Source of the DNA: Chloroflexota bacterium | GTDB lineage: Bacteria; Chloroflexota; Limnocylindria; Limnocylindrales; CSP1-4 | Assembly: GCA_029240655.1 (NCBI GenBank) | Contig: JARDZW010000003.1 | Location: 1 to 48,233, forward strand | Direction of reading: 5' to 3' | Length of the DNA stretch: 48,233 nt | Part shown: in pieces, positions 8,169 to 17,794 of the stretch | Numbering within the stretch: position 1 is the stretch's first letter | Layout of the letters: each line of letters begins with the position of its first letter | Program-made: the position numbers and the translations under genes | The notes under the pieces: generated by a model | The model's input: only the letters and a program-made list of their open reading frames with translations | Told to the model about the DNA's origin: nothing | Database searches by the model: none

Positions 8169-8990
8169 CTACTCGATGACGAGCCCACCCGGGACGTCCG
8201 GCGGCACCGGAGGATAGGCTGGCTTCAGGCCCGCGATCGTGTCGCCGAGAATCGTGGCGACCGCGAGGTTCCGGAACCACTTGCGATTGGCGGGGATGAG
8301 GTACCACGGGGCATGGGCGGTGGACGTCTTCGAGAGCGCGTCGTCGAAGGCGGCCTGGTAGTCGTCCCAGAGCTTGCGTTCCGCGAGATCGCCCATCGAG
8401 AACTTCCAGCGCTTGGTCGGGTCGTCGTAACGAGCCTGGAACCGCTCGCGCTGCTCGTCCTTGTCGATGGCGAGGAAGAACTTGAGGATCGTGGTCCCGT
8501 TGTCCGCCAGGAACCGCTCGAACTCGTTGATCTGGTCGTAGCGGGCCGACCAGACATCACGCGGCACGATGTCATGCACGCGCACGACGAGCACGTCCTC
8601 GTAATGTGATCGATTGAAGATGCCGATCTCGCCCTTGCGCGGCACCGCCTGGTGGACGCGCCACAGGTAGTCGTGGGCGAGCTCTTCGTCCGAAGGGACC
8701 TTGAAGCTCGTGACCGAGCAGCCCTGCGGATTGAACGCCTCCATCACCTTGTTGATGGTGCCGTCCTTGCCGGCGGCGTCGATGCCCTGGAGCACGACGA
8801 GGACCGAATGCTTCGACTCCGCCCAGAGGCGGTCCTGAAGATCCGCGAGACGAGCGACCTGCTTCTCGAGGGCTGGGGTCGTCGCCTCCTTGTCCCAGCC
8901 GTGGGTCTCGCCGTGGTCCTGGCTGGCGAGGCGCACGCGGGACCCCGGGCGGACGGCGAGGGCAGCGCGCAGGTCGACCCGGGTGGCCAT
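8169..8990 (-). CDS. ppk2: polyphosphate kinase 2 family (probably class III)
   Basis: LQGIDAAGKDGTI, NPQGC.VTSFKVP, HDYLWR, FNRSHYEDVL, KRWKFS..DL.ER..WDDY, APWY.IPANRKW.RN; GGAGGA SD before ATG 8990. Confidence 0.94.
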   Translation of the reverse strand: MATRVDLRAALAVRPGSRVRLASQDHGETHGWDKEATTPALEKQVARLADLQDRLWAESKHSVLVVLQGIDAAGKDGTINKVMEAFNPQGCSVTSFKVPSDEELAHDYLWRVHQAVPRKGEIGIFNRSHYEDVLVVRVHDIVPRDVWSARYDQINEFERFLADNGTTILKFFLAIDKDEQRERFQARYDDPTKRWKFSMGDLAERKLWDDYQAAFDDALSKTSTAHAPWYLIPANRKWFRNLAVATILGDTIAGLKPAYPPVPPDVPGGLVIE

Positions 8991-9072
8991 GGGCGATCCT
9001 CCGTGGATGGGCGTAGCGGGCTCGGACGTATGATGCGACCGTACCGTATCGCCCCTCGCAGGAGCGTCTCGC

Positions 9073-10515
9073 ATGACTGTCGTCGGCACCCATCCGCATC
9101 CCATCTTCCTCGCCGGCCGCTGGGTCGAATCGCCGGACGTGCTCGAGGTGGCCAACCCGGCCATTGCCGCGGAGCCTGCAGGCGCCACGTACAACGCGAC
9201 ACCCGAGCAATACGAGGAGGCGGTCGAGGCGGCCGTCGCTGCCTTCGAGGTCACCCGCCATCTGCCGGCCTACGAGCGGGGCCGGATCCTGCGCGACATC
9301 AGCTCGGGTATCCATGCCCGACGCGAGGAGCTCGGACGGCTGATCTCGCTCGAGGCCGGCAAACCGATCCGTGACGCGCTCGTGGAAGTCGATCGTGCCG
9401 TCATCACGTTCCGGCTCGGCGCCGAAGAGGCCGAGCGGATGACCGGGGAGCTGATTCCTCTTGATCTCATGCCGTCGTCCAGGGACCGCGTCGGCATCAC
9501 GCGCCGGTTCCCGATCGGCCCGATCGCGGCGATCAGCCCGTTCAACTTCCCGCTCAACCTCGCCGCTCACAAGCTGTCGCCGGCCATCGCCAGTGGCAAC
9601 CCCATCGTCCTGAAACCGCCCTCGAAGGACCCGCTCACGATGCTGACCGTCGCGGAGATCATCGAGGCCGCCGGCCCGCCCGCCGGGTCCGTGAGCATCC
9701 TGCCGATGACGCGCGAGCTCGGCGACCGGATGGTCGCCGACGACCGGTTCAAGCTACTGACCTTCACGGGCAGCCCGTCGGTCGGCTGGCGGATGAAGGA
9801 GCGGGCCGGGAAAAAGAAGGTCGTGCTCGAGCTCGGCGGCAATGCCGGCGTCATCGTCGATTCGACGGCCGACCTCGACTGGGCGGTCAAGCGCATCCTC
9901 GTTGGTGCGTTCGCGTATGCCGGCCAGGTCTGTATCAGCGTCCAGCGGATGTTCGTCCACGAGGCGGTCTGGGACACCTTCATGGAGAAGTTCCTGGCCG
10001 GTGTCGGCGACCTCAAGCTCGGCGATCCGCTCGATCCGACGACGGATGTCGGCCCCATGGTCGACGAGAACCAGGCGTCGCGCACACAACGCTGGGTCGA
10101 CGAGGCGGTCGCGATGGGTGGGCAGGTCCTCGCCGGCGGCAAGGCCGACGGCACCTTCTTCCCGCCGACGGTGCTGACCGATGTTCCGGTGGCGGCGCAG
10201 GTCTGCTCGAACGAGGCCTTCGCGCCGCTCGTCGTTGCGTTCCGGTTCCGCGACCTCGACGACGCGATCGCCCGGGTCAACGACTCGATGTTCGGGCTCC
10301 AGACCGGGGTCTTCACCAACGACCTCGCGGGCGCCTGGCGATCGTTCAACGAGCTCGAGGTCGGCGGCGTCATCATCAACGACGTCCCGACGTACCGGAC
10401 TGACCACATGCCGTACGGCGGGGTCAAGGATTCTGGACTGGGGCGCGAGGGCCTGCGCTGGGCGATCGAGGACATGACGGAGATCCGGATCATGGTGCTG
10501 GCCCAGCCCGGATGA
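9073..10515 (+). CDS. NAD(P)-dependent aldehyde dehydrogenase
   Basis: ISPFNFPLNL, FTGS, LELGGN (catalytic Glu), AGQVCIS (catalytic Cys), EAFAP, PYGGVKDSGLGREG. Confidence 0.95.
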   Translation: MTVVGTHPHPIFLAGRWVESPDVLEVANPAIAAEPAGATYNATPEQYEEAVEAAVAAFEVTRHLPAYERGRILRDISSGIHARREELGRLISLEAGKPIRDALVEVDRAVITFRLGAEEAERMTGELIPLDLMPSSRDRVGITRRFPIGPIAAISPFNFPLNLAAHKLSPAIASGNPIVLKPPSKDPLTMLTVAEIIEAAGPPAGSVSILPMTRELGDRMVADDRFKLLTFTGSPSVGWRMKERAGKKKVVLELGGNAGVIVDSTADLDWAVKRILVGAFAYAGQVCISVQRMFVHEAVWDTFMEKFLAGVGDLKLGDPLDPTTDVGPMVDENQASRTQRWVDEAVAMGGQVLAGGKADGTFFPPTVLTDVPVAAQVCSNEAFAPLVVAFRFRDLDDAIARVNDSMFGLQTGVFTNDLAGAWRSFNELEVGGVIINDVPTYRTDHMPYGGVKDSGLGREGLRWAIEDMTEIRIMVLAQPG

Positions 10516-10558
10516 CCGGCGCGACTGCCGCGGGTGCGGACATGCCGCGAGCCTCGCG

Positions 10559-11167
10559 GTGAGCACCGAGTTCTTGCTGACGACGTTCATCGTCGTCGCG
10601 ACGCCCGGCACGGGCGTGCTCTACACGCTGGCGGCCGGTCTCTCGCGCGGCGCCCGGGCCAGCGTCATCGCCGCGATCGGCTGCACGCTTGGCATCCTTC
10701 CGCACATGGTCGCGGCGATCACGGGACTCGCCGCGCTCCTGCACACGAGTGCCCTCGCGTTCGAGGTCCTGAAGTACCTTGGTGTCGCCTATCTGCTGTT
10801 CCTGGCGTGGAGGACGCTCCGGGACAAGGACGCGCTCAGTGTCGAGGAGGCGGCCCCGATCGCCCCGATGAAGGTCATCACCTCGGGCATCCTGATCAAC
10901 ATCCTCAATCCGAAGCTGACGATCTTCTTTTTCGCCTTCCTGCCGCAGTTCGTGAGCGCCACGGAGCCCGCGGCGTCCCTGCGCATGCTCGAACTGAGCG
11001 CCGTATTCATGCTCGTCACGTTCGCCGTCTTCGTCGCCTACGGGATCTTCGCAGCGTCGATCCGGAGCCACGTGATCTCGCGACCTCGGGTGCTGACCTG
11101 GATGCGCCGGACCTTTGCCGGCACGTTCGCCGTGCTGGCCGGCAGGCTCGCCCTCGCCGACCGGTGA
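10559..11167 (+). CDS. LysE/RhtB family translocator
   Basis: TPGTGVLYTL, LKYLGVAYL, NILNPKL..FF.AFLPQF; about 6 TM segments. Confidence 0.92.
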   Translation: MSTEFLLTTFIVVATPGTGVLYTLAAGLSRGARASVIAAIGCTLGILPHMVAAITGLAALLHTSALAFEVLKYLGVAYLLFLAWRTLRDKDALSVEEAAPIAPMKVITSGILINILNPKLTIFFFAFLPQFVSATEPAASLRMLELSAVFMLVTFAVFVAYGIFAASIRSHVISRPRVLTWMRRTFAGTFAVLAGRLALADR

Positions 11168-11306
11168 GGGTCGTGCCGCGCCTCGTCGCCGTCCGCCGCA
11201 CCTTGGGCGCCAGCCGGCGCCCGCGCGATCCCCTCGCCGCGAGCGTTCGTCCCGCGGCCCGCGACTGCGGTCATGTCCCGGCCCCGCCGTGCGCCATGCT
11301 TGCGCG

Positions 11307-12485
11307 GTGGACCTGACACTCGGCGACGTCCAGCTCGAGCTCCAGGGTCGAGCGCGCGCGTTCACCCGCAAGGTCCTCCAGCCGCTCGAAGCCGAGTTCG
11401 AACGGTCCGGCGGGCGGTTACCGGCAGCGGCGAAGGCGCGGATCCGCGAGGCGTCGGTCGCCGCCGGACTGGTCGGCGGGTCGTTTCCGCGCGACGTCGG
11501 CGGACAGGGCTGGACCATGCTCGAGCAGGTGCTCGTGCATGAACAGCTCGGCCAGTCGACCGGCGGGCTCTGGTCGTTCATCCCGGGTGCGTACAACGCC
11601 CTCATCCATTGCTCCCCGGAGCAGCGGGCACGCTATCTCGACCCGAGCCTGACCGGCGAACGCTTCGGGAGCTACGCCGTCACCGAGCCCGGGGCCGGGT
11701 CCGATGCCCGCGCCCTGGCCGCCACGGCGGTCCGCGACGCCGCGACCGGGGACTATGTGCTCAATGGCGAGAAGTGGTTCGTGACGGGACCTCCGGACGA
11801 GACCGATTTCATGATCTTTCACTGCCTGGTCGTGGACGGGTCGAAGCGCCTGCCGACGTTGTTCCTCGTGGACTACGAAACGCCCGGCGTGACGATGGCT
11901 CACGACCCCGACTACATGCACACCTTCGCGGACCGGCATCCCCAGTTCGTGCTGTCGGATGTCCGCGTGCCCGAGTCTGCGGTCCTGGGCGACGTGGGGC
12001 AGGCCGACGAGCTCACCAACGAGTGGTTCGTCGAGGAGCGCATCCACATCGGGGCGCGCTGCACCGGGGCGATGGAGCGGCTGCTGACCCTGGCGGTCGA
12101 GTGGGCCGGCGAGCGGGTCCAGTTCGGCCAGCGACTGCTCGACTTCCAGGGCGTGTCGTTCCCGCTGGCCGATTCGGCCGCCGACGCGGCTGCGGCGCGG
12201 CTGCTCACCCGCGAGGCCGCCTGGCTGGCCGACACCGGCGCAGACCCGAAGGTGGTCCATGCCAAGGCATCCATCGCCAAGCTGTTTGCCTCGGAGGCGG
12301 CCTTTCGCTGCGCCGATCGGGTCGTCCAGGTGTTCGGTGGTCGGGGGTACATGCGTGAATACCCGGCCGAGCGGTTCTTCCGCGAGCTCCGCGTGGACCG
12401 GATCTGGGAAGGGACGTCGGAGATCCAGCGCCTGATCATCGCGCGTGCGCTGGAGAAGCGCGGCGTGGACCGCGTGGTCGGGTGA
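11307..12485 (+). CDS. acyl-CoA dehydrogenase
   Basis: YAVTEPGAGSD, LNGEKWFVT, RVQFGQ, QVFGGRGY, RIWEGTSEIQR. GTG start at 11307 chosen by domain boundary and an upstream -10-like CATGCT. Confidence 0.92.
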   Translation: MDLTLGDVQLELQGRARAFTRKVLQPLEAEFERSGGRLPAAAKARIREASVAAGLVGGSFPRDVGGQGWTMLEQVLVHEQLGQSTGGLWSFIPGAYNALIHCSPEQRARYLDPSLTGERFGSYAVTEPGAGSDARALAATAVRDAATGDYVLNGEKWFVTGPPDETDFMIFHCLVVDGSKRLPTLFLVDYETPGVTMAHDPDYMHTFADRHPQFVLSDVRVPESAVLGDVGQADELTNEWFVEERIHIGARCTGAMERLLTLAVEWAGERVQFGQRLLDFQGVSFPLADSAADAAAARLLTREAAWLADTGADPKVVHAKASIAKLFASEAAFRCADRVVQVFGGRGYMREYPAERFFRELRVDRIWEGTSEIQRLIIARALEKRGVDRVVG

Positions 12486-12495
12486 GGCGCCCGAC

Positions 12496-14748
12496 GTGAC
12501 CGACGTGACCGCTGCCGCCGGCACGATCGACCTGCGGCCCTTGTTCGCCCCGCGCTCGATCGCGGTTGTCGGCGCATCGCCGCGCAGCTGGATCGCCGAG
12601 ACCGTCCGCGACAACCTCCGTGCGACCAGCAGCGCCACGCGCTGCCACTTCGTCAACCCGCGCTATGCAGAGCTCCACGGGCAACCCTGCTACCCGACGC
12701 TCGACGCACTTCCCGAACGCCCGGACATCGCCCTCGTGGCGCTGAACCCGTTGCGCGCCGCGATGGTGACGCGGGACGCCGCCGCGGCCGGCATCCCGGC
12801 CGTGATCATCCCTGGCGGCGGCGTGGTCGAGGGTGGGGAAGCAGCCGCGGCGATGCAGCAAGAGGTCGCGGCCATCGCCCGGGAATACGGGCTTGCCCTG
12901 GTCGGCCCCAACTGCATGGGGGTGATGGATCTGACCGTCAACTCCTCGGCGTACATCGGCGACGTCTCGCCGTACCTCCCGCGCGGCGGCGTGGCCGGCA
13001 TCGCCCAGTCGGGGTCGGTCACCGACGCCTTCATCCATTCGGGATCACGGGTCGGGTTCACGAGGATCATCAGCTGCGGGACCGAGGTCGTTCTCGATGT
13101 CTGCGACTACCTGGCGTATTGCCTGGACGACCCGGAGACGACGTCCGTGATCCTCTTCCTCGAAGGCTTCAAGCGGCCAGAGCGCTTTCTCGCCCTCGCT
13201 GACCGGGCGCTCGAGCTGGGCAAGCCGATCTTGGTGGTCAAGGTGGGCCGGAGCGACCAGGCGCAGGCATCATCCGTTGCGCATTCGGGCTCCCTGGCCG
13301 GCGAGACGCGCGTGACCGATGCGGCCCTCGACGCCGCGGGCGTGATCCGCTGCACCGACCTCGACGAGCTGCTCGAGACCGCCGAGCTCGTGGAAGGACT
13401 CCGCCGAACGCGCCGATCGGTCGGCCGTGGGCGGACGGGGGTCGTCACCGTGAGCACCGGTGAGGCGTCGCTCGTGGCCGATCTCGCGCCGCGGACCGGG
13501 ATCGATCTGCCGCCATTGCCAGAGAGCGCTCGGGCGCGGATCCTCGAGCACCTCCCGACGATGGGCTATGTCGGGAACCCGATGGACCCGTGGGGTGCGG
13601 CCGACCCGCCGATCGCCTACGGCGCCGCCTTCGAGTCGATGGCGGCGTCCGGCGCCTACGACGTCCTTGTACTGGTGCACGACTTCCCGTACAAGTCGAT
13701 GCCCGCAGAGGTCGCCACCGCGAACGACGTGAGCCTGCAGCTCCTGGCCGCCACCCGTGACCGACCGCACATCCTGCCGGTGTACGTGTCGTTGACGTCC
13801 GGGGAGCCGCCACCGGAGACGAAGGCCGTGCTCGATGAGCTGGGCGATGGCGCCCCGCTGCTGCGCGGCGCGGTCGAGGCGTTCACCGCGATCGCGTCGC
13901 TCGCGCGCTGGGAGGCAGCGCGGACCCGTCGGCTCGACCGAGGCCCATGGCGGCCGGGGTGGCCGGCGCTCGCCGCGGATCGCACGGCGTACGGGCTCGA
14001 TCCGGACGGGTCGTCGGCCGCGGTCGGGTCGGGCGTCGCGGTCGGGTCGAGCGCCCCACCCCGCGCCCTCTCCGAGTTCGATAGCCTGGCGCTGCTGCGC
14101 GAGGCCGGCCTGCCGGTGACCGAGGCCACATCCGTGCCGGACGCCGCCGCCGCGGTCGAGGCGGCCCGATCGTTCGACGGGCGGCCCGTGGCGCTCAAGG
14201 TCGACGCCATCGGATTGGCGCACAAGAGCGACCTCGGCCTCGTCCGGCTCGGGCTCGCCGGTGATGCGCCGGTCAGGGCCGCCGTCGATGATCTCCTCGC
14301 CACCGCCCGCGCCCAGGGCCTGGCCGTCCGTGGGCTCCTCGTCGAGCCGATGGCCGAGGCCGGCGTCGAGCTCATCGTCGGGCTCCGCCGCGACGCATCG
14401 TTCGGGCCTGCGGTCGTCGTCGGGCTCGGTGGCGTCCTTGCGGAACTGCTCGACGACGTGGCGATCCGTCTGGCCCCGGTCGATCGCGAGACCGTGCTCG
14501 CGATGCTCACGGAGCTGCGCGGCGCCCGTCTCCTGGACGGCCTGCGCGGCAGCTCGCCGATCGATCGCGGTGCCGTGGCCGACCTCGTCGTCGCGCTCTC
14601 CCGGCTCGGCGACGATCGGCCGGATGTCCTGGAGGTCGACCTGAACCCGGTCATCGCGTCGGCGCGTGGCGCCCTGGCGGTCGACGCTCTGGTCGTCCTG
14701 GGGCGGCCGCTGGGGCTCGCGGGGTCGGAGGTCGGGGGCGATGCCTGA
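12496..14748 (+). CDS. acetate/acyl-CoA ligase (ADP-forming), fused alpha-beta
   Basis: LFAPRSIAVVGAS, VGPNCMG, IAQSG, AHSGSLAG (phospho-His), NPMD, then an ATP-grasp (HKSDLG, ELIVG, FGPAV, DLNPV). Confidence 0.9.
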   Translation: MTDVTAAAGTIDLRPLFAPRSIAVVGASPRSWIAETVRDNLRATSSATRCHFVNPRYAELHGQPCYPTLDALPERPDIALVALNPLRAAMVTRDAAAAGIPAVIIPGGGVVEGGEAAAAMQQEVAAIAREYGLALVGPNCMGVMDLTVNSSAYIGDVSPYLPRGGVAGIAQSGSVTDAFIHSGSRVGFTRIISCGTEVVLDVCDYLAYCLDDPETTSVILFLEGFKRPERFLALADRALELGKPILVVKVGRSDQAQASSVAHSGSLAGETRVTDAALDAAGVIRCTDLDELLETAELVEGLRRTRRSVGRGRTGVVTVSTGEASLVADLAPRTGIDLPPLPESARARILEHLPTMGYVGNPMDPWGAADPPIAYGAAFESMAASGAYDVLVLVHDFPYKSMPAEVATANDVSLQLLAATRDRPHILPVYVSLTSGEPPPETKAVLDELGDGAPLLRGAVEAFTAIASLARWEAARTRRLDRGPWRPGWPALAADRTAYGLDPDGSSAAVGSGVAVGSSAPPRALSEFDSLALLREAGLPVTEATSVPDAAAAVEAARSFDGRPVALKVDAIGLAHKSDLGLVRLGLAGDAPVRAAVDDLLATARAQGLAVRGLLVEPMAEAGVELIVGLRRDASFGPAVVVGLGGVLAELLDDVAIRLAPVDRETVLAMLTELRGARLLDGLRGSSPIDRGAVADLVVALSRLGDDRPDVLEVDLNPVIASARGALAVDALVVLGRPLGLAGSEVGGDA

Positions 14749-15604
14749 CGAGGCGGTGGTCCTGACCGAGCGTACGCCGTGGGGCGTCCGACTCACGCTG
14801 AACCGCCCGGCGAAGCTCAATGCCCTCAATGGCGAGCTCGTGGCCGCGCTCGTGGCGGCCCTCGACGAGGCGGAAACCGACGACGCCGTCCGGGTCATCG
14901 TCCTGGAGGGCGCGGGACGGGCCTTCTCGTCCGGCTACGACCTGACCGAGGAGGCCGAGGGTGCGATCGGCGGGCCCGTCGCATGGCGGGAGCTACTGGC
15001 GGCCGACGTCGCCGCCACGCTCCGGTTCCTCGACTCCCCCAAGCCCGTGATCGCGCAGGTGCACGGCTATGCGCTGGCCGGTGGCCTGGAGCTCGCGATG
15101 GCCTGCGACCTCATCGTCGCTGCCGAGGGCACGAAGCTCGGCGAGCCGGAGATCCGCTACGGATCCGCCCCGGTGACGCTGCTCATGCCCTTCCTGATCG
15201 GCCAGAAGCGGACCCGGGAGCTGTTGCTGACCGGCGACCTGATCGACGCCGCGGAAGCCGAGCGGATCGGGCTGATCAACCGCGTCGTGCCCGCGAACGC
15301 GCTGGCCGCGGAGGTCGATCGCCTGGCCGACCGCCTTGCGCGGACGCCCCCGGAGGTCATGGGCCCGACCAAGCGGATGCTCAATCGAGCCATGGACGTC
15401 GCGGGGTTCCGCCTTGCGGTCGAGGCGGGCCTCGACCTGGGCGCCATCATCAACGCTGCCGACACGCCCGAGCAGCGCGAATGGGATTCGATCGTCCGCC
15501 GGGACGGTCTCAAGGCCGCACTCGCCTGGCGCGATCGCCGATACGACGAACGGCTGGCGGGGGACGGCCACGGAAGCGACGTCCCCGCAGCGGATGACGG
15601 CTGA
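14741..15604 (+). CDS. enoyl-CoA hydratase/isomerase (crotonase) family
   Basis: LNRPAKLNAL, AFSSGYDL, KPVIAQVHGYALAGGLELAMACD, GEPEIRYG, AERIGLINRVV. Confidence 0.93.
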   Translation: MPDEAVVLTERTPWGVRLTLNRPAKLNALNGELVAALVAALDEAETDDAVRVIVLEGAGRAFSSGYDLTEEAEGAIGGPVAWRELLAADVAATLRFLDSPKPVIAQVHGYALAGGLELAMACDLIVAAEGTKLGEPEIRYGSAPVTLLMPFLIGQKRTRELLLTGDLIDAAEAERIGLINRVVPANALAAEVDRLADRLARTPPEVMGPTKRMLNRAMDVAGFRLAVEAGLDLGAIINAADTPEQREWDSIVRRDGLKAALAWRDRRYDERLAGDGHGSDVPAADDG

Positions 15605-15680
15605 CCCGGCTGAGTCACCGGTGCGGCCAAGCGTGATGCACCGTCCGTTGGAGGCGGACGGCACATCACGCAGGGCGCGC

Positions 15681-17519
15681 TCAGCCCGGTCGCACGACGT
15701 AGTACGCATCGATGGAGACCGTCGGACGCCCGGATGTCCCGAGGCCTCTGACGACGATCGTATGCGTACCTTGCGGCACGGCCGTGGCGAAGACGATGCG
15801 CCTGGCCTTGAACGTCGAGGCCTTCAGGTCCACCGTCTTGACGTACTTGCCGTCGATGTAGACGTTGGCCTTGCCGCGCGTCGGGCCGACTGGACCGACC
15901 CAGGCGACGCCGGAACCGCTGAAGGTGAGCCTGGACGTCGCGCCATTCGCCTTGGTCCAATGGGCTTTTCCACCGAGGTAGCTCGTGTGACTGGCAATGG
16001 ACCATGACCCGGCCCATTGGACGGTCGACGAGGCATCGGACACGGTGATGCCCTTCTTGGGCCCAACGCTCTTCCAGGCGCCGTACCGACCCGCCGTGTC
16101 CACGGCGCGGACGCGGAAGGTATACGCATGGCCGGAACTCAGGGTCGTCCGGTAAAGCCTGGCCTTGGCCGAGCTGAGCGTTCTGGACGAGAAACCTCCG
16201 TCATCGACCTTGACCTGCAGCTGGTACTTCCAGAGCGGGTCGGAGCTGCTCGCAAGGCCCCAGAGGACGACGGCCGGAACGCCGGAGGTCGGCACCCCGG
16301 ATGTCGTGGACAGTCGGACGCTGGGAGTCGTGACGACCGGCAGGCTGCCCGGCGCCGGTGTCGGGGTCGAGCCTCCGCCGGCCCCCCACAGCCAATCGGT
16401 GAATCCGATCGCTCGGCCCATGTTCGACTCGACGGTCGGGATCTTCGTGCCGTACCGCTTGTTGAGCAGCCACGGCATCTGACGGGCGGCGTTGGTCTCA
16501 TTCCAGCCTTTGCCACCAGATGCCTTCGAGCGGGTCACGACGCTGGCTGCTCGTTTCATCGCTTTGGTCGACCAGTCCCAGGCCGCTGTGTAACCCGCCC
16601 GATACAGCAGCTCCACCTGGAGACCCATGCCCTGGATGGTCTCGAGCTGGTAGCTGACGCCGTCGTCGCCTGGCGGCCAGCGAAGCGAGCCCCCACGGCT
16701 GATGTCGGTCACGAACGCTCCATCGACGTTGATGCCGCTCTTGGTACATGCCTTGTTCTCGGGCGTGAACGTGGCGGCTGACACGCAGCTCCACGAAAGA
16801 TCCGCGCTGCCGAGCTGCATGGTGAAGCCCTTGTAGGCGGCTCGGTCCCCGAGGAACCCCCGGGTCACGAGGGCCGCCCGAGCCAGGTCGGTCTTGTCGC
16901 CGAGATACCGACTCGCCGCGATCCGCGAGGCCCCGGCATAGGCGCCCCAGTTGTTCGCCGAGACCGCGTGCGTCCGGCTCAGCGTGTACCACGTGGCGTG
17001 GCCGCCGACGTTGCGCGTTCGGATCGCCGATAACCACGAGCGGAACGTGGAGTCGTTCGCACCAGAGAGATCGGCGAAATCGGCCGCCAGGACATAGGCC
17101 ATGAGCTGGCGTCCCAGGGCCAGGACGGCGTTCGAGCAACCAACTGTCTGGGTCTTGATGGCGGCCATCACGCCTGCCCGGGCCTTCGTGCCGTAGGACG
17201 AGCTTCCCGTACGCGCGAATACGAGGGCGGCCGCCAAGGTCCGCAGGTGATGATCCTCGTTCTGATCACACAGGTTGGGGGTGCCGAGGGATGCACCTGC
17301 GACGGCTTTCAGGTTGGACCAGGCGTTGCCGCTCGTGGGTCGGGCCAGCAGCTCCGAGCGCGGCATGAGGAGGTAGTTGGTCGCGGCATCCGTCGGCGTC
17401 GGGGCTGACCAGGCGGTGACGGCGAGGATGAGGGCGCCTATCAAGGCTGCTGCGACGGCCCGGGGGGCGAAGGTTGGTCGGCCAGGCGCCCACTGGACGC
17501 CGATGTGGACCTCTCGCAT
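15681..17519 (-). CDS. secreted alginate-lyase-fold protein with FN3-like and galactose-binding-like C-terminal domains
   Basis: AGGAAGGAG SD before ATG 17519; hydrophobic signal; helical domain with NNWG and RG..Y motifs; PTP linker; YTFRVRAVD (FN3-like); final beta domain with GPTRGKANVYIDG and GTHTIVV. Confidence 0.7.
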   Translation of the reverse strand: MREVHIGVQWAPGRPTFAPRAVAAALIGALILAVTAWSAPTPTDAATNYLLMPRSELLARPTSGNAWSNLKAVAGASLGTPNLCDQNEDHHLRTLAAALVFARTGSSSYGTKARAGVMAAIKTQTVGCSNAVLALGRQLMAYVLAADFADLSGANDSTFRSWLSAIRTRNVGGHATWYTLSRTHAVSANNWGAYAGASRIAASRYLGDKTDLARAALVTRGFLGDRAAYKGFTMQLGSADLSWSCVSAATFTPENKACTKSGINVDGAFVTDISRGGSLRWPPGDDGVSYQLETIQGMGLQVELLYRAGYTAAWDWSTKAMKRAASVVTRSKASGGKGWNETNAARQMPWLLNKRYGTKIPTVESNMGRAIGFTDWLWGAGGGSTPTPAPGSLPVVTTPSVRLSTTSGVPTSGVPAVVLWGLASSSDPLWKYQLQVKVDDGGFSSRTLSSAKARLYRTTLSSGHAYTFRVRAVDTAGRYGAWKSVGPKKGITVSDASSTVQWAGSWSIASHTSYLGGKAHWTKANGATSRLTFSGSGVAWVGPVGPTRGKANVYIDGKYVKTVDLKASTFKARRIVFATAVPQGTHTIVVRGLGTSGRPTVSIDAYYVVRPG

Positions 17520-17794
17520 GATGCTCCTTCCTACCTGGACGCCGAGCATTGACGTTCGGCGAACGATGGTTGACCGGCCGGGGGACTCTGCCGGGTGACG
17601 GTGGGCTTGGGCGGCCGCGGTGAGCACGGTCGGGGACCTTCCCCGGAAGCCCTCGAACAGCGAGCGTGCGGACCGGTCAGGCCGGTAAGGCGATCGCCGC
17701 TTGCGCAACTTTATCAACCCGAGGCAAGTCGCCCCATTCGGCGACCTCCCGGCAGCTGGGAGCCGGTCAAGCCTTGCGCGGGTAGGATGCCTCG

